NCBI GenBank assembly: GCA_963806185.1
Contig: CAWDXE010000007.1
Span: 608,001-672,000 of the forward strand
Direction of reading: 5' to 3'
Length of the DNA: 64,000 bases
Origin: an uncultured candidate division Zixibacteria bacterium
GTDB lineage: Bacteria; Zixibacteria; MSB-5A5; GN15; FEB-12
Of the stretch, positions 1-10,023 are shown in pieces. The position numbers and the translations under genes were made by a program. The notes below the pieces were generated by a model. That model ran no database searches. It had not been told where the DNA came from and saw only the letters and a list, made by a program, of their open reading frames with translations. Every line of letters begins with the position of its first letter. Position 1 is the stretch's first letter.

Positions 1-505
1 CCGGCGTTGCCACGATCCCTTCCGGTGGGCATTGTGATAGCCCAACACATGCCTCCGATGTTTACCAAGTCACTGGCCGAGCGATTGGACCAGCTTTCGC
101 AGGTGACGGTGCGGGAAGCAGTAAATGGTGAGTCGATCGAGCCGGGTACCGTTTTGATCGCTCCCGGCGGGATGCATTTGACGGTTGTGAGGCGGTCGGG
201 CCGCCTGACGGCAGTAGTCAATGCCGAGCCGGTCGGCACTCTCTATCACCCGTGCGTTGATGTTTTGTTTAATTCAGTGGCCGAAACCGTTGGCGGGGCA
301 GCGCTTGGGGTCAGTTCTCACCGGTATGGGCAACAACGGCACGCTCGGTGCCCGACGCCTGAAGGAAAAAGGTGCCATTGTGATCGCGCAAAACGAGGAA
401 ACCTGCGTGGTCTACGGCATGCCCAAGTCAGTGATCGAAGCTCAACTGGCCGACCATGTCGCGGCAATCGATCAAATCGCGTCCGAAGTGGTCAGTTACT
501 TCTGA
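1..505 (+). CDS. cheB: Chemotaxis protein-glutamate methylesterase, 3' part (frameshift ~313)
   Basis: AQHMPPMFT and YHPCVDVLF in one frame; VLTGMGNNG..AQNEETCVVYGMP in the next; truncated by the window start. Confidence 0.9.
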
Positions 506-578
506 TTCCCAAAGTTTTTGTTGAATTCTCCCCGGAAATCGAGCAAAATTTTCCCATGCTTGAAATGCAGGTATGGGT

Positions 579-1946
579 ATGAGCGATCGGAAGGATCGCA
601 AGACGGCTGATCGGTCGGTGGACGACAACCGACTGGAGCAATTTGTCGATTCCTTTGGCTCATTCAACCGAGTCATCAACACTCTTCAGCGTCAGTATAT
701 CGAGCTAAAGGACGAATTTACCTCACAGAACGAGAGTCTGGCGGCGGCCAATCAGAAGCTTATCTCGCTGACTCATCGCAACTTAGCCGCAACGGAATTT
801 CTCAACTGCATTCTTCAGTCGCTATCGGCGGGTGTGATCGCGGTGGACGAAAGCGGTCAGGTCACTCACTTCAATCGGTGTGCTTCGATGCTGTTGGGAA
901 TCCCTCAGAACGAACCGATCGGCAAGCCGTATCGCGATCTGATCCCGCCAGGTGAGCCACCCGACGTAAACGCGCTTCGGGCGGTCGAATCGGGGCGGAC
1001 GGTTGAATCGGCGGAGAAGAAGGTCACCTTGGCTGACGGCACGCGACTTCAATTGTCCGTATCTACGGCTCTGCTCAAGGATCCGAGCGGGCGCTCGATC
1101 GGGGCAGTTGAGGTGCTCCAGGACCTCACCAAAATCCGCAAGATGGAACAGGAAATTGCGCGGCTCAACACCCTGGCAGCCCTGGGTGAGATGGCGGCGA
1201 CGATTGCACATGAGGTACGCAATCCCCTGGCCGGAATCGGCGGCTTCGCAGCATTGCTGCGCCGTGACCTGCCGGAGGATGATCCTCGGCAGAAACTGGT
1301 CAGCAAGATCACCCGGGGGGTCGAAAGCCTGAATACCACGGTCACGACGTTGCTCAATTATACCAGAACCGACGAGGTTCTGCGCGACGAAGTGGACTTT
1401 ACGGAGTTTCTCAATACCACGACCGAACAGTACCGGATTGATCACAGTGAGTTAGCCCGACAGATGGTGTTCGAGTATCTGCATCCGAAAGCGGCGCCAA
1501 GCGATCCGGTTCGATTGGCCATTGATCACACGCTGATGCGGCAGCTCTTCTTCAATATCTATACCAACGCCGTCGAGGCGTGCGGCGGCGAGGGGAAGGT
1601 GATCATCACCTGTCGCAAACTGCCGCGGCAGACGGCCGTCAATCGGTATGGTGATCGACTGCTTCTGGGTCTGGAGGAAACCATCGTAGAGACCACGATC
1701 ACCGATTCCGGATCGGGAATCACTCCGGATGCTATTGAGCGCGTGTTTCGGCCATTTTTCACCACCAAGCAGGGTGGAACAGGACTGGGATTGGCGATGG
1801 TGTGGAAGATAGTCAAAGCGCATGGTGGCGACATTATTGCGGCGAATGCTCCGGAAGGAGGCGCCCGGTTCACGATAATCATGCCTACCCGAATCGATAC
1901 TTCAGCGGAAGTCTCGATTCTTCTCGGCGACAGGGAGTCTGTATGA
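579..1946 (+). CDS. Soluble PAS histidine kinase, FleS/FlrB-like
   Basis: N-terminal coiled coil, PAS, H-box AHEVRNPL, PFFTTK..GTGLGL; no TM segment; overlaps the downstream regulator. Confidence 0.9.
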   Translation: MSDRKDRKTADRSVDDNRLEQFVDSFGSFNRVINTLQRQYIELKDEFTSQNESLAAANQKLISLTHRNLAATEFLNCILQSLSAGVIAVDESGQVTHFNRCASMLLGIPQNEPIGKPYRDLIPPGEPPDVNALRAVESGRTVESAEKKVTLADGTRLQLSVSTALLKDPSGRSIGAVEVLQDLTKIRKMEQEIARLNTLAALGEMAATIAHEVRNPLAGIGGFAALLRRDLPEDDPRQKLVSKITRGVESLNTTVTTLLNYTRTDEVLRDEVDFTEFLNTTTEQYRIDHSELARQMVFEYLHPKAAPSDPVRLAIDHTLMRQLFFNIYTNAVEACGGEGKVIITCRKLPRQTAVNRYGDRLLLGLEETIVETTITDSGSGITPDAIERVFRPFFTTKQGGTGLGLAMVWKIVKAHGGDIIAANAPEGGARFTIIMPTRIDTSAEVSILLGDRESV

Positions 1947-3307
1947 AATTCGCAGTACTGATAGTGGATGACGACCCGCTGGTGAATGAGTTCCTCACCG
2001 AGGTGCTCACGCGGGCGGGGTATGACTGTACGTCGGTTCACTCGGGAGAAGATGCGCTGGTGCGATTCAACGCCCGGCCGTACGACATCGTATTGACCGA
2101 TCTAAAAATGAGTGAGATGGACGGCATCGCCCTTTTGGACAACATCAAGAAGATGGATGCCAGCACCGTCGTGATCATCATGACCGCCTACGGAACGGTC
2201 GAGACGGCAGTCAAGGCGATCAAGAAGGGCGCGTACGACTTCCTGCTCAAGCCGGTCCTTCCGGAGACGCTCGAACACATGATGGCCCGGGTGACCGAAA
2301 TGTTGCGACTGCGTGCTGAGAACCAGCAGCTCAAGGCGGACCTTTCGGCGAAATTCCAGAATATCGTCGGCAAGTCCAAGATCATGCGGGAAGTATTCGA
2401 CCTGATTCAATCGGTGGCCGATGCTCGTTCGACCGTCATGCTCACCGGACCGTCGGGCACCGGCAAGGAAATGGTGGCGCGGGCGATTCACTATGCGTCC
2501 AATCGCGCCAACAATCCGTTTGTCAAGCTGAATTGTGCGGCCCTGCCGGAGAGCCTGGTGGAGGCCGAACTGTTCGGATATGAAAAGGGTGCCTTCACCG
2601 ACGCCAAGAAGACCAATCGGGGTCGTTTTGAGCTGGCCGACGGCGGGACACTCCTATTGGACGAAATATCCGAAATGCCGCTCAATCTTCAATCAAAACT
2701 GTTCCGCGTCATACAGGAGCGTGAATTTGAGCGCGTCGGGTCGAGCCAGACGATCAAGGTGGATGTCCGCATCGTGGCGACCTCCAACCGAAATCTCAAA
2801 GAGTATATCTCATCCGGTCGGTTCCGCGAGGATCTCTTTTACCGACTGAACGTGATCCCGATCTATCTGCCGCCGTTGCGGGATCGGATTGAGGATGTGC
2901 CGCTGCTGATCGATCATTTCATTGACAAGTACAATAAGGAGAATCTCAAGAACATCCGGGGCATGAATCAGCAGGCCCTGAAACTCTTCATGAATTATCA
3001 CTGGCCGGGCAATGTCCGCGAGCTGGAGAATCTGATTGAGCGGGCGGTGGTCACGGCCAGAGAAGATATCCTGACCGAGGATGACTTCCCGGTGGAGATG
3101 GCGCTGGGAAAGATCGGTGACGATCAGCCGCCGCTGCGGGTCCCAATGACGCTTGAAGAGGGGAACAAGTATCTGATACTCAAGACGCTCGAGAAGTACA
3201 ACGGTAACAAGACTCGGGCCGCCGAGGCGCTGGGGATAACCGCCCGGACTATTCGTAACAAGCTGGCGGAGTACCACATGGATGCGGAAACGACCGCTTA
3301 TTCCTGA
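1943..3307 (+). CDS. Sigma54-dependent response regulator (REC-AAA+-Fis HTH), FleR/FlrC-like
   Basis: ATG at 1943; REC (VDDD, TDLKM), GPSGTGKE, GAFTDA, WPGNVRELEN, C-terminal HTH. Confidence 0.93.
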   Translation: MKFAVLIVDDDPLVNEFLTEVLTRAGYDCTSVHSGEDALVRFNARPYDIVLTDLKMSEMDGIALLDNIKKMDASTVVIIMTAYGTVETAVKAIKKGAYDFLLKPVLPETLEHMMARVTEMLRLRAENQQLKADLSAKFQNIVGKSKIMREVFDLIQSVADARSTVMLTGPSGTGKEMVARAIHYASNRANNPFVKLNCAALPESLVEAELFGYEKGAFTDAKKTNRGRFELADGGTLLLDEISEMPLNLQSKLFRVIQEREFERVGSSQTIKVDVRIVATSNRNLKEYISSGRFREDLFYRLNVIPIYLPPLRDRIEDVPLLIDHFIDKYNKENLKNIRGMNQQALKLFMNYHWPGNVRELENLIERAVVTAREDILTEDDFPVEMALGKIGDDQPPLRVPMTLEEGNKYLILKTLEKYNGNKTRAAEALGITARTIRNKLAEYHMDAETTAYS

Positions 3308-3316
3308 GGAGGGGTG

Positions 3317-3342
3317 TAGAAATTTACCGTATCTGCCGATAG
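3317..3342 (+). promoter_or_regulatory. Putative sigma28 promoter for motAB
   Basis: TAGA-N14-GCCGATAG. Confidence 0.55.
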
Positions 3343-3411
3343 AAATCGTGTGATCGGGCGACCTGCCGGCTGCTCAATGTTTGCGCAGGAGCGGGAGCCC
3401 CAAAGGCGGAT

Positions 3412-4173
3412 ATGGATTTCGCGACCATTATTGGTGTTATACTGGCCATCGGAGCGGTCCTGGGGGCGTATACTCTCGAGGGCGGGCATCTTGATTCTAT
3501 TTTTCTTACGGCGCCGATACTCATCGTCTTAGGTGGGACGCTTGGCGCAACCATCATCACCACATCCATGCACACTGTATCGCAGGTGCCGCATTACTTG
3601 CGGCTGGCCTTTTTCGGCCTGGATCGCGACAATATGGAGGGGATCGACCGGATCACCCGGCTGGCCGAACGGGCACGACGAGGAGGAATCCTCGACCTCG
3701 AAGATGATCTGAAGAAGATATCTGATCCATTCTTTCGGAAAGCAGTGCAGTTGCTGATCGACGGGACCGAGACGACCGCTCTGCGCGAGATGCTCGAAAC
3801 CGAGATCGTATATATTGAGGAGCGTCACAAGCGCGGCATCACCTTCTTCCAAAAGGCGGGTGGTTTTGCGCCGACCCTCGGCATTCTGGGCACGGTTCTC
3901 GGCCTGGTCCAGACGCTGGGAAACACGTCGGACGCTTCGCGCATGGCGGCATCAATTGCCGGTGCGTTTATCGCCACGCTCTGGGGAGTGGGACTCGCTA
4001 ACCTGTTTTTCCTGCCGATATCCGACAAGCTCCGGCTTCGTCACGACGAAGAAATGGGGTATCTCGAATTGATTACTGAAGGGGTGATCGCTATTCAGTC
4101 GGGGGAGAACCCGCGCAACATTCGCACCCGGCTGCTGGCCTTTGTGGCTCCCAAGCATCGCGTGGGAGACTGA
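3412..4173 (+). CDS. motA: Flagellar stator protein MotA
   Basis: MDFATIIG, APTLGILGTVLGL, AFIATLWGV, GENPR. Confidence 0.95.
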   Translation: MDFATIIGVILAIGAVLGAYTLEGGHLDSIFLTAPILIVLGGTLGATIITTSMHTVSQVPHYLRLAFFGLDRDNMEGIDRITRLAERARRGGILDLEDDLKKISDPFFRKAVQLLIDGTETTALREMLETEIVYIEERHKRGITFFQKAGGFAPTLGILGTVLGLVQTLGNTSDASRMAASIAGAFIATLWGVGLANLFFLPISDKLRLRHDEEMGYLELITEGVIAIQSGENPRNIRTRLLAFVAPKHRVGD

Positions 4174-4176
4174 CCA

Positions 4177-5031
4177 GTGCGCCGCCGCCGCAAACAGGGT
4201 GACAATTCGCACGAGAATCTCGAGCGATGGCTCCTGACCTATTCGGATCTGATTACGCTTCTCGCCGCATTTTTCATTGTCATGTACTCGATGTCCATGG
4301 TTGACGCCAAGAAGTTCGGCCGGATCGCCGAAGCGCTTAACGGTGTGCTCAAGGGCGGAAAACAGCTCGTCAGAGTGCAAAACGACCACAAGAAGACCGG
4401 GCATGGCTTGCTGCAAATTGGCGATCTGGCGATGATCCAGCAGCAGATTGAAGAGAAGTTCAAGGGGCTGAAGCGCCAGGAAGACATCAAGACCGAGATC
4501 ACCGAGCGGGGTCTGGTGGTCCATATTATGGAATCGGCGTTGTTCAAGCAGGGGTCGGCGCGACTCGAGCAGCGGGCTATGGAAGTGCTGGATATCATCG
4601 CGAACAAAATAGCGGGCATGCCGAATCACATTCGTATTGAGGGTCACACTGACGATCAGCCGATACACAATCCGCTCTATCCGTCGAATTGGGAGTTGTC
4701 CTCGGCGCGCGCCACGGAGGTTGTGCGTTACTACACCAATAATCATGCGATCGCGCCGGATCGCATTTCGGCGCTTGGGTACGGCGAATATCGCCCAGTG
4801 CGCCCCAATTCATCTATAGAGAATCGGGCGGCGAACCGCCGCGTCGATATCGTGGTTCTCACGATGGAAATGACCATGAAGGAACCAACCTCGCAGATGT
4901 ACTATTCGCCGAATCAGGTCGCGATTGGGAACGAGCTTCCCACTGATGACGGAAATGCCTTCCCGACAGCCACCGTCCCGACCGGTTTCACAACCCCGGG
5001 CGATGGTTCTAATTCGTTGTCAAATCAATAG
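4177..5031 (+). CDS. motB: Flagellar stator protein MotB
   Basis: WLLTYSDLITLL; OmpA-like IEGHTD, NWELSSARA, NRRVDI. Confidence 0.95.
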   Translation: MRRRRKQGDNSHENLERWLLTYSDLITLLAAFFIVMYSMSMVDAKKFGRIAEALNGVLKGGKQLVRVQNDHKKTGHGLLQIGDLAMIQQQIEEKFKGLKRQEDIKTEITERGLVVHIMESALFKQGSARLEQRAMEVLDIIANKIAGMPNHIRIEGHTDDQPIHNPLYPSNWELSSARATEVVRYYTNNHAIAPDRISALGYGEYRPVRPNSSIENRAANRRVDIVVLTMEMTMKEPTSQMYYSPNQVAIGNELPTDDGNAFPTATVPTGFTTPGDGSNSLSNQ

Positions 5032-5069
5032 GTTACCATTTCCCCACACAGTTTGGCACACCGCTTGAT
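4928..5069 (+). promoter_or_regulatory. Sigma54 promoter of the flgB operon with two upstream palindromes and an IHF site
   Basis: GGAA-N5-TTCC at 4928-4940 and 4951-4963; AATCAA-N4-TTA at 5023-5035; TGGCAC-N5-TTGAT at 5054-5069. Confidence 0.75.
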
Positions 5070-5097
5070 ATTGCTCCGCTCGGAGTAGTATTGCGTT

Positions 5098-5511
5098 ATG
5101 GAAAATAAACTGACCCAGTTCATTTTTGACCGAAGCGAGGTCCCGACATTTCGGAAGTATCTCGATCTATCTTCCATGCGGCACAAATTGGTCAGCGGAA
5201 ATCTGGCCAACGGTTCCACTCCCGACTACAAAGCACAGGACATCGACTTCCAGGAAGAGTTTGCACGTTTGACCAAGCAGACCAATCATCTGGCCGGTGT
5301 GACGACGCACCCTAATCACCTTCCCACCGGCCAGAGTGAGATGAAAGCACCCAAAATTGAAAAGACTCCAGTGGACGAAGGCGATCTCAACTCAGTCGAT
5401 ATCGATCGCGAAATTTCCACGCTGGCCCAAAACGAATTGCTGTACACCGTCGGCGCCAAGCTCTTGCAGCAGCGCTTTGAGGGATTGAGAACAGCAATCA
5501 AGAGCAAGTAG
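5098..5511 (+). CDS. flgB: Flagellar basal-body rod protein FlgB
   Basis: NLANGSTPDYKAQDIDF, NSVDIDRE. Confidence 0.93.
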   Translation: MENKLTQFIFDRSEVPTFRKYLDLSSMRHKLVSGNLANGSTPDYKAQDIDFQEEFARLTKQTNHLAGVTTHPNHLPTGQSEMKAPKIEKTPVDEGDLNSVDIDREISTLAQNELLYTVGAKLLQQRFEGLRTAIKSK

Positions 5512-5519
5512 ACAAGACC

Positions 5520-6014
5520 ATGGCCGGAATATTGAATGCCATCGAAATCTCGTCCCGCGGACTGACGGTTCAGCGCAAGAAGATGGACGTCGTTGCAGAA
5601 AACATGGCCAATGCCGAGACGACCGAGACGGCCGACGGCGGGCCGTACCGTCGCAAGCGCGTCCTGGTCAACGAAGAACAGGAGAAGGTGCGCTTCGATA
5701 CGTACATGCGCCGAGCGGGGACCGAACTGGCGCGGACCAACGCGGGTCACCTGCCGGGCAAGTCGCTGAGCGTACAGTCGACAGTCAACCTGGCCAACGT
5801 CAAGGCCGATGAAGTGGTCGATCCGGATTCGTCTTTCCGACTGGTATACGATCCGTCGCACCCGCAGGCGGATGAGGACGGATATGTCAAGATGCCGGAT
5901 GTTGAAATCATCAACGAGATGGTGGACATGATGACCGCGACGCGGGCGTATGAAGCGAATACGTCGGCCATCGCGTCGGCAAAAAAGATGTTTAGAAACG
6001 CTCTCGATATCTAA
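5520..6014 (+). CDS. flgC: Flagellar basal-body rod protein FlgC
   Basis: NMANAETT..GGPYRRK, YDPSHPQAD..GYV, EMVDMMTATRAYEAN. Confidence 0.96.
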   Translation: MAGILNAIEISSRGLTVQRKKMDVVAENMANAETTETADGGPYRRKRVLVNEEQEKVRFDTYMRRAGTELARTNAGHLPGKSLSVQSTVNLANVKADEVVDPDSSFRLVYDPSHPQADEDGYVKMPDVEIINEMVDMMTATRAYEANTSAIASAKKMFRNALDI

Positions 6015-6028
6015 GTGAAGAGGAGTGT

Positions 6029-6349
6029 ATGAAAATCGATTCCCTCGGCATCCAGTCATATCAACAGGTCAATCGACGCGACCAGCAGGCCGCCACGGCT
6101 ACTTCGACCGCCCAGCAGGAAGCCGCCAAGGTGGAGATTCCCCAGGGCGAAACGAATACTTCGAAATTGGCCGTGAAGGCACCGGCGGGAACATACGCGG
6201 AACATCTCAGCGAGCCCGAGCGCAAGGCGCTCGAATTGCTGTTTGATCGTTTCCGCAACTCCGGGCGTTTTGGGGCCGCCTACACGGCGGACTCAAAACC
6301 GGCCGAAGCCGCTCCGGAGCTCGGTCGCGTGGTGGATGTAAAGGTCTGA
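6029..6349 (+). CDS. Hypothetical protein within the flgBC-fliE operon
   Basis: SD GAGGAG, tight packing between flgC and fliE; low-complexity N-half. Confidence 0.75.
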   Translation: MKIDSLGIQSYQQVNRRDQQAATATSTAQQEAAKVEIPQGETNTSKLAVKAPAGTYAEHLSEPERKALELLFDRFRNSGRFGAAYTADSKPAEAAPELGRVVDVKV

Positions 6350-6350
6350 T

Positions 6351-6668
6351 ATGCCCGAACCGGTAGGAAATATAGTACGTCTGGTCCCCGGCCTGATCGA
6401 ACGGCCCGCGGCCAAGCCGACTGAGAATGCGACGCCGAGTGAAGGAGCTAATGGCTTCGGCAGGATGCTGGCCAGCGCCCTTGATTCGGTCAACGATCTG
6501 CAGCAACAGGCCGCGCAGTCGCAGACAGCACTCATGAACGGCGAGGCGGTCGAACTGCACCAGGTCATGATTCAGGCGGAACAGGCCGGATTGTCGATGG
6601 ATCTCCTGTTGGAGATTCGCAACAAACTGGTGGACGGATATAACGAACTGTCACGGATGCCTATGTAA
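6351..6668 (+). CDS. fliE: Hook-basal body protein FliE
   Basis: LHQVMIQAEQA..EIRNKLVDGYNELSRMPM. Confidence 0.95.
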   Translation: MPEPVGNIVRLVPGLIERPAAKPTENATPSEGANGFGRMLASALDSVNDLQQQAAQSQTALMNGEAVELHQVMIQAEQAGLSMDLLLEIRNKLVDGYNELSRMPM

Positions 6669-6728
6669 CCTGAGCGTATCTGACACCGGCTATGGATGGT
6701 CGGTACAAGATGATATATAGGATGTATC

Positions 6729-8303
6729 ATGGATTCTCTGAAACACTCGGCGAAAAACATCTCGGATCTTGTCGGCCGCATGACGCCCAGCCAGGTGATG
6801 ATGCTATTTGGTGTCATCGCCGGTTCTATTGTGGGCATTGTCTTTGTCGTGGGCTGGCTCAATTCCGTATCATACGCGCGGCTCTACTCCAATCTTCAGG
6901 AGTCAGAGGCGGGCGAGGTCGCCAATTATCTCAGCGACAAAAAGATTCCGTTCAAGCTGGTCGATAACGGCACCTCGATCGAAGTACCGCAGGACCAGGT
7001 GTACAAGGTTCGACTCGAACTGGCGTCGCAGGGTTTGCCCACGGGCGGAAATGTCGGTTACTCGATTTTCGACAAGAACAATCTGGGGATGACCGATTTC
7101 CTGCAGAACTTGAACTTTCGGCGGGCGCTGGAGGGTGAGTTAACCAAGACCATCATGGAACTGCGCGAAGTCAAGGCTGCACGAGTGCACATCGTGATGC
7201 CGAAGGACCGCCTGTTTAGAGAAGATAAGAAAGAAGCCACTGCGTCGGTGGTTCTGAAACTGGGCGGAGCAGGTACGTTGACCAAACAGCAATTGGCCGG
7301 CATTACGCACCTGGTTGCCTCGTCGGTCGAGGGACTTCGTCCCGAAAACATCTCGATCATCGATTATGACGGGAACCTGCTCACCTCGGGCCAGGGGAGC
7401 GACCGGCTGGCCGGGCTCTCGAGTTCACAGCTGGATGTCCGGCAGCAGGTAGAATCGTACCTCGAGGACAAGGCGCAAACCATGCTCGACGGCGTGTTGG
7501 GTCCGGGGAAGGCGATTGTGAGACTCACGGCGGACTTGAATTTCCAGCAACTGGAACGGACGGCCGAGACCTACGATCCGAACAGCCCCTCGGTGCGCAG
7601 CGAAGAAAAGACGACGTCCACAAGTTCGGCCGCGGACAAGGCGAAGGATGTCAAAGAGAGCAACCAGGAAGACAACACCCAGACCGTCGTTACAAACTAC
7701 GAACTTAATAAGACGGTGGAGCACATTATTAACGCCATCGGCACCATAGACCGACTCTCGATTGCGGTGCTCGTGGACGGATCGTATCCGCCGGTCGAAG
7801 GTGCTGATGGGGGGGCGGGTGAGAAGGTGTATCAGCCGCGTCCGCAGGAGGAACTGGATCGCCTGGCGGCTATCGTGCGGAATGCGGTCGGGTTTGACCA
7901 GCAGCGTAACGATCAGCTCGAAATCGTCAATATCCCGTTTGATCGCCAGGAGATCGAAAGCGATCGCCTGGTGCTCGATCAGATGTACACGCGTGAGTTT
8001 TACTGGGATATCGGCAAGAAAATCGGCCTGGCGCTGCTCGCGATCATTGCCTTCCTGTATCTGCGCAAGAAATCAAAGAAGCTGTTCACGGCGATCGGGA
8101 AAGCGATGCCGGCGCCGATGCCGCAGACGACCGTCCGCGCAACGTCACATGCAACAGGCGGCCAGACAATTGAGGATGAGGAGGACGTGCCTCCAATCGT
8201 GCCGGAGAAGCGAAAGCCGCGCCTGGTAGACCATATGCAGAAGACGGCCAAGGATCGGCCGGATGAAATAGCCAAAGTCATCAAGACCATGATGATCGAA
8301 TAG
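6729..8303 (+). CDS. fliF: Flagellar M-ring protein FliF
   Basis: Two TM segments, RALEGELTKTI, ARVHIVMP, ASVVL. Confidence 0.96.
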   Translation: MDSLKHSAKNISDLVGRMTPSQVMMLFGVIAGSIVGIVFVVGWLNSVSYARLYSNLQESEAGEVANYLSDKKIPFKLVDNGTSIEVPQDQVYKVRLELASQGLPTGGNVGYSIFDKNNLGMTDFLQNLNFRRALEGELTKTIMELREVKAARVHIVMPKDRLFREDKKEATASVVLKLGGAGTLTKQQLAGITHLVASSVEGLRPENISIIDYDGNLLTSGQGSDRLAGLSSSQLDVRQQVESYLEDKAQTMLDGVLGPGKAIVRLTADLNFQQLERTAETYDPNSPSVRSEEKTTSTSSAADKAKDVKESNQEDNTQTVVTNYELNKTVEHIINAIGTIDRLSIAVLVDGSYPPVEGADGGAGEKVYQPRPQEELDRLAAIVRNAVGFDQQRNDQLEIVNIPFDRQEIESDRLVLDQMYTREFYWDIGKKIGLALLAIIAFLYLRKKSKKLFTAIGKAMPAPMPQTTVRATSHATGGQTIEDEEDVPPIVPEKRKPRLVDHMQKTAKDRPDEIAKVIKTMMIE

Positions 8304-8311
8304 TCAGGAAG

Positions 8312-9327
8312 ATGAGTATGGAATTCGAAACGATGACAGCACAACAGAAGGCGGCGGTCGCTCTCATCGCCTTCGGACCGGAAGTCTCGGCGCTCGTGCT
8401 CAAGGGAATGAATGAAACCGACCTTGAGAAGATCACGATCGAGATTGCCAATCTGCGCGACGTACCGACCGAGATAGAAGATCACGTGATTGAAGAATGC
8501 CACAACATCTTCATGGCGCGCCAGTACATCTCGCAAGGCGGTGTGGATTTCGCCAGCGAAATTCTGGAAAAGGCGGTCGGCCATCATAAGGCAAGGAGAT
8601 TCTCACCCGACTGGAGTCGTCGTTCAAGTCACGCGGATTCTCGCTCCTGAAGGATATCGATCCCAAGCAACTGTCCGGCTTCTTTCAGAACGAACATCCG
8701 CAGACGACGGCGTTGATCCTGACCCAACTGAATCCGCAGCACGCCGCGGCGGTGCTGTCGGAGCTGGGGCCGGAACTTCAGGCGGAGGTCGCCCTCCGGA
8801 TTGCCACAATGGAGAAGATCTCTCCTGATGTTCTGAAGGAAATCGAAGCGACCCTCGAAGGTCATTTCGGCAATTCAGCCGGACGCGACTTGTCGGTATC
8901 CGGCGGCGCCAAAGCCATCGCCGAGATCCTTAACCTGATTGATTCATCGGCCGAGAAGAACATTCTTCAGTCGCTGGAAGCGGAAGATCCGGACCTGGCG
9001 GCTGAAGTGAAGAACATGATGTTCGTGTTCGACGATCTGATTCTGCTCGACGACCGGTCGATCCAGCGTCTGCTGAAGGATGTGGAGACGAAGGACCTGT
9101 CGATCGCTCTCAAGGCGACCAGCGACGAGGTCAAGAGCAAGATTTTCAAGAACGTGTCCGAACGGGTGGCCTCAATGATCAAAGAAGAGATGGAATTCAT
9201 GGGCCCGACGCGGCTGTCCGACGTCGAGGCGGCCCAGGGTCGAATCGTCGAGGCGGTTCGCCGACTCGAAGAAGAAGGCCAGATCATCATCTCCGGTCGC
9301 GGCGGCAAGGAAGATATCATTGTCTAA
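8312..9327 (+). CDS. fliG: Flagellar motor switch FliG (frameshift ~8595)
   Basis: QKAAVALIAFG..GGVDFA in frame 1; EHPQT, MFVFDDL, MGPTRLSDVEAAQ in the next frame. Confidence 0.93.
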
Positions 9328-10023
9328 GATAATTCGTCAGACGATCGAGGCGCCGACTGTCTTTATCGGTGATCGTCGTCTCGATATCACGGCCGAGATC
9401 ATGGCTGAAAAGCGAGCTGGGGGAACTGTTTCCCCAGGTCCATTATGTCACCGACGTCGACGGGGCAAAATCAATTCCGATTCAAGAGGTATATCGTCTC
9501 GAAACCGTCATGAGCAATCGGGCACAGGAGTCCCGTCAGGAAGGGTACGCGGCGGGTCACCAGGACGGACTCGCCAAGGGACTGGACGAGGCCAGACGCG
9601 TGTTGTCCCAGCTCAATAACGCCATTACTGACGCAGTGACCCAGCGCGAGACGATACTCGAAGAGGCCAAGCAGAAAGTTCTCGAACTGGTGATTCAGAT
9701 CAGCAGGAAAGTGACCTGCGACGCCATCCAGATCGACCGCGAGGCTACCGCCCACATGGTCGCCAGGATCGTTGACGGTCTGGTGGATCGATCGCAACTT
9801 GCGCATCAAAGTTCATCCGGATTTTCTACCGATTGTCGAGCAGAATATGCACCGCTACCTTAGCGGCAACGCGCTGATCAAAGAGGTCATCTTTGAACCT
9901 GACCCGCGCGTCCGTCTTGGCGGGTGTTTCATACAGACGCCAACGGGCGACATTGACGCCCGACTGGAATCCCAGTTTGACGTCATTGCGGAAACGATTA
10001 TGAACACCGAGGATCAGTCGTGA
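9320..10023 (+). CDS. fliH: Flagellar assembly protein FliH (frameshifts ~9411 and ~9800)
   Basis: GYAAGHQDGLAKG glycine repeat; IKVHPD..GGCFIQTPTGDIDARLE; lies between fliG and fliI. Confidence 0.85.
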
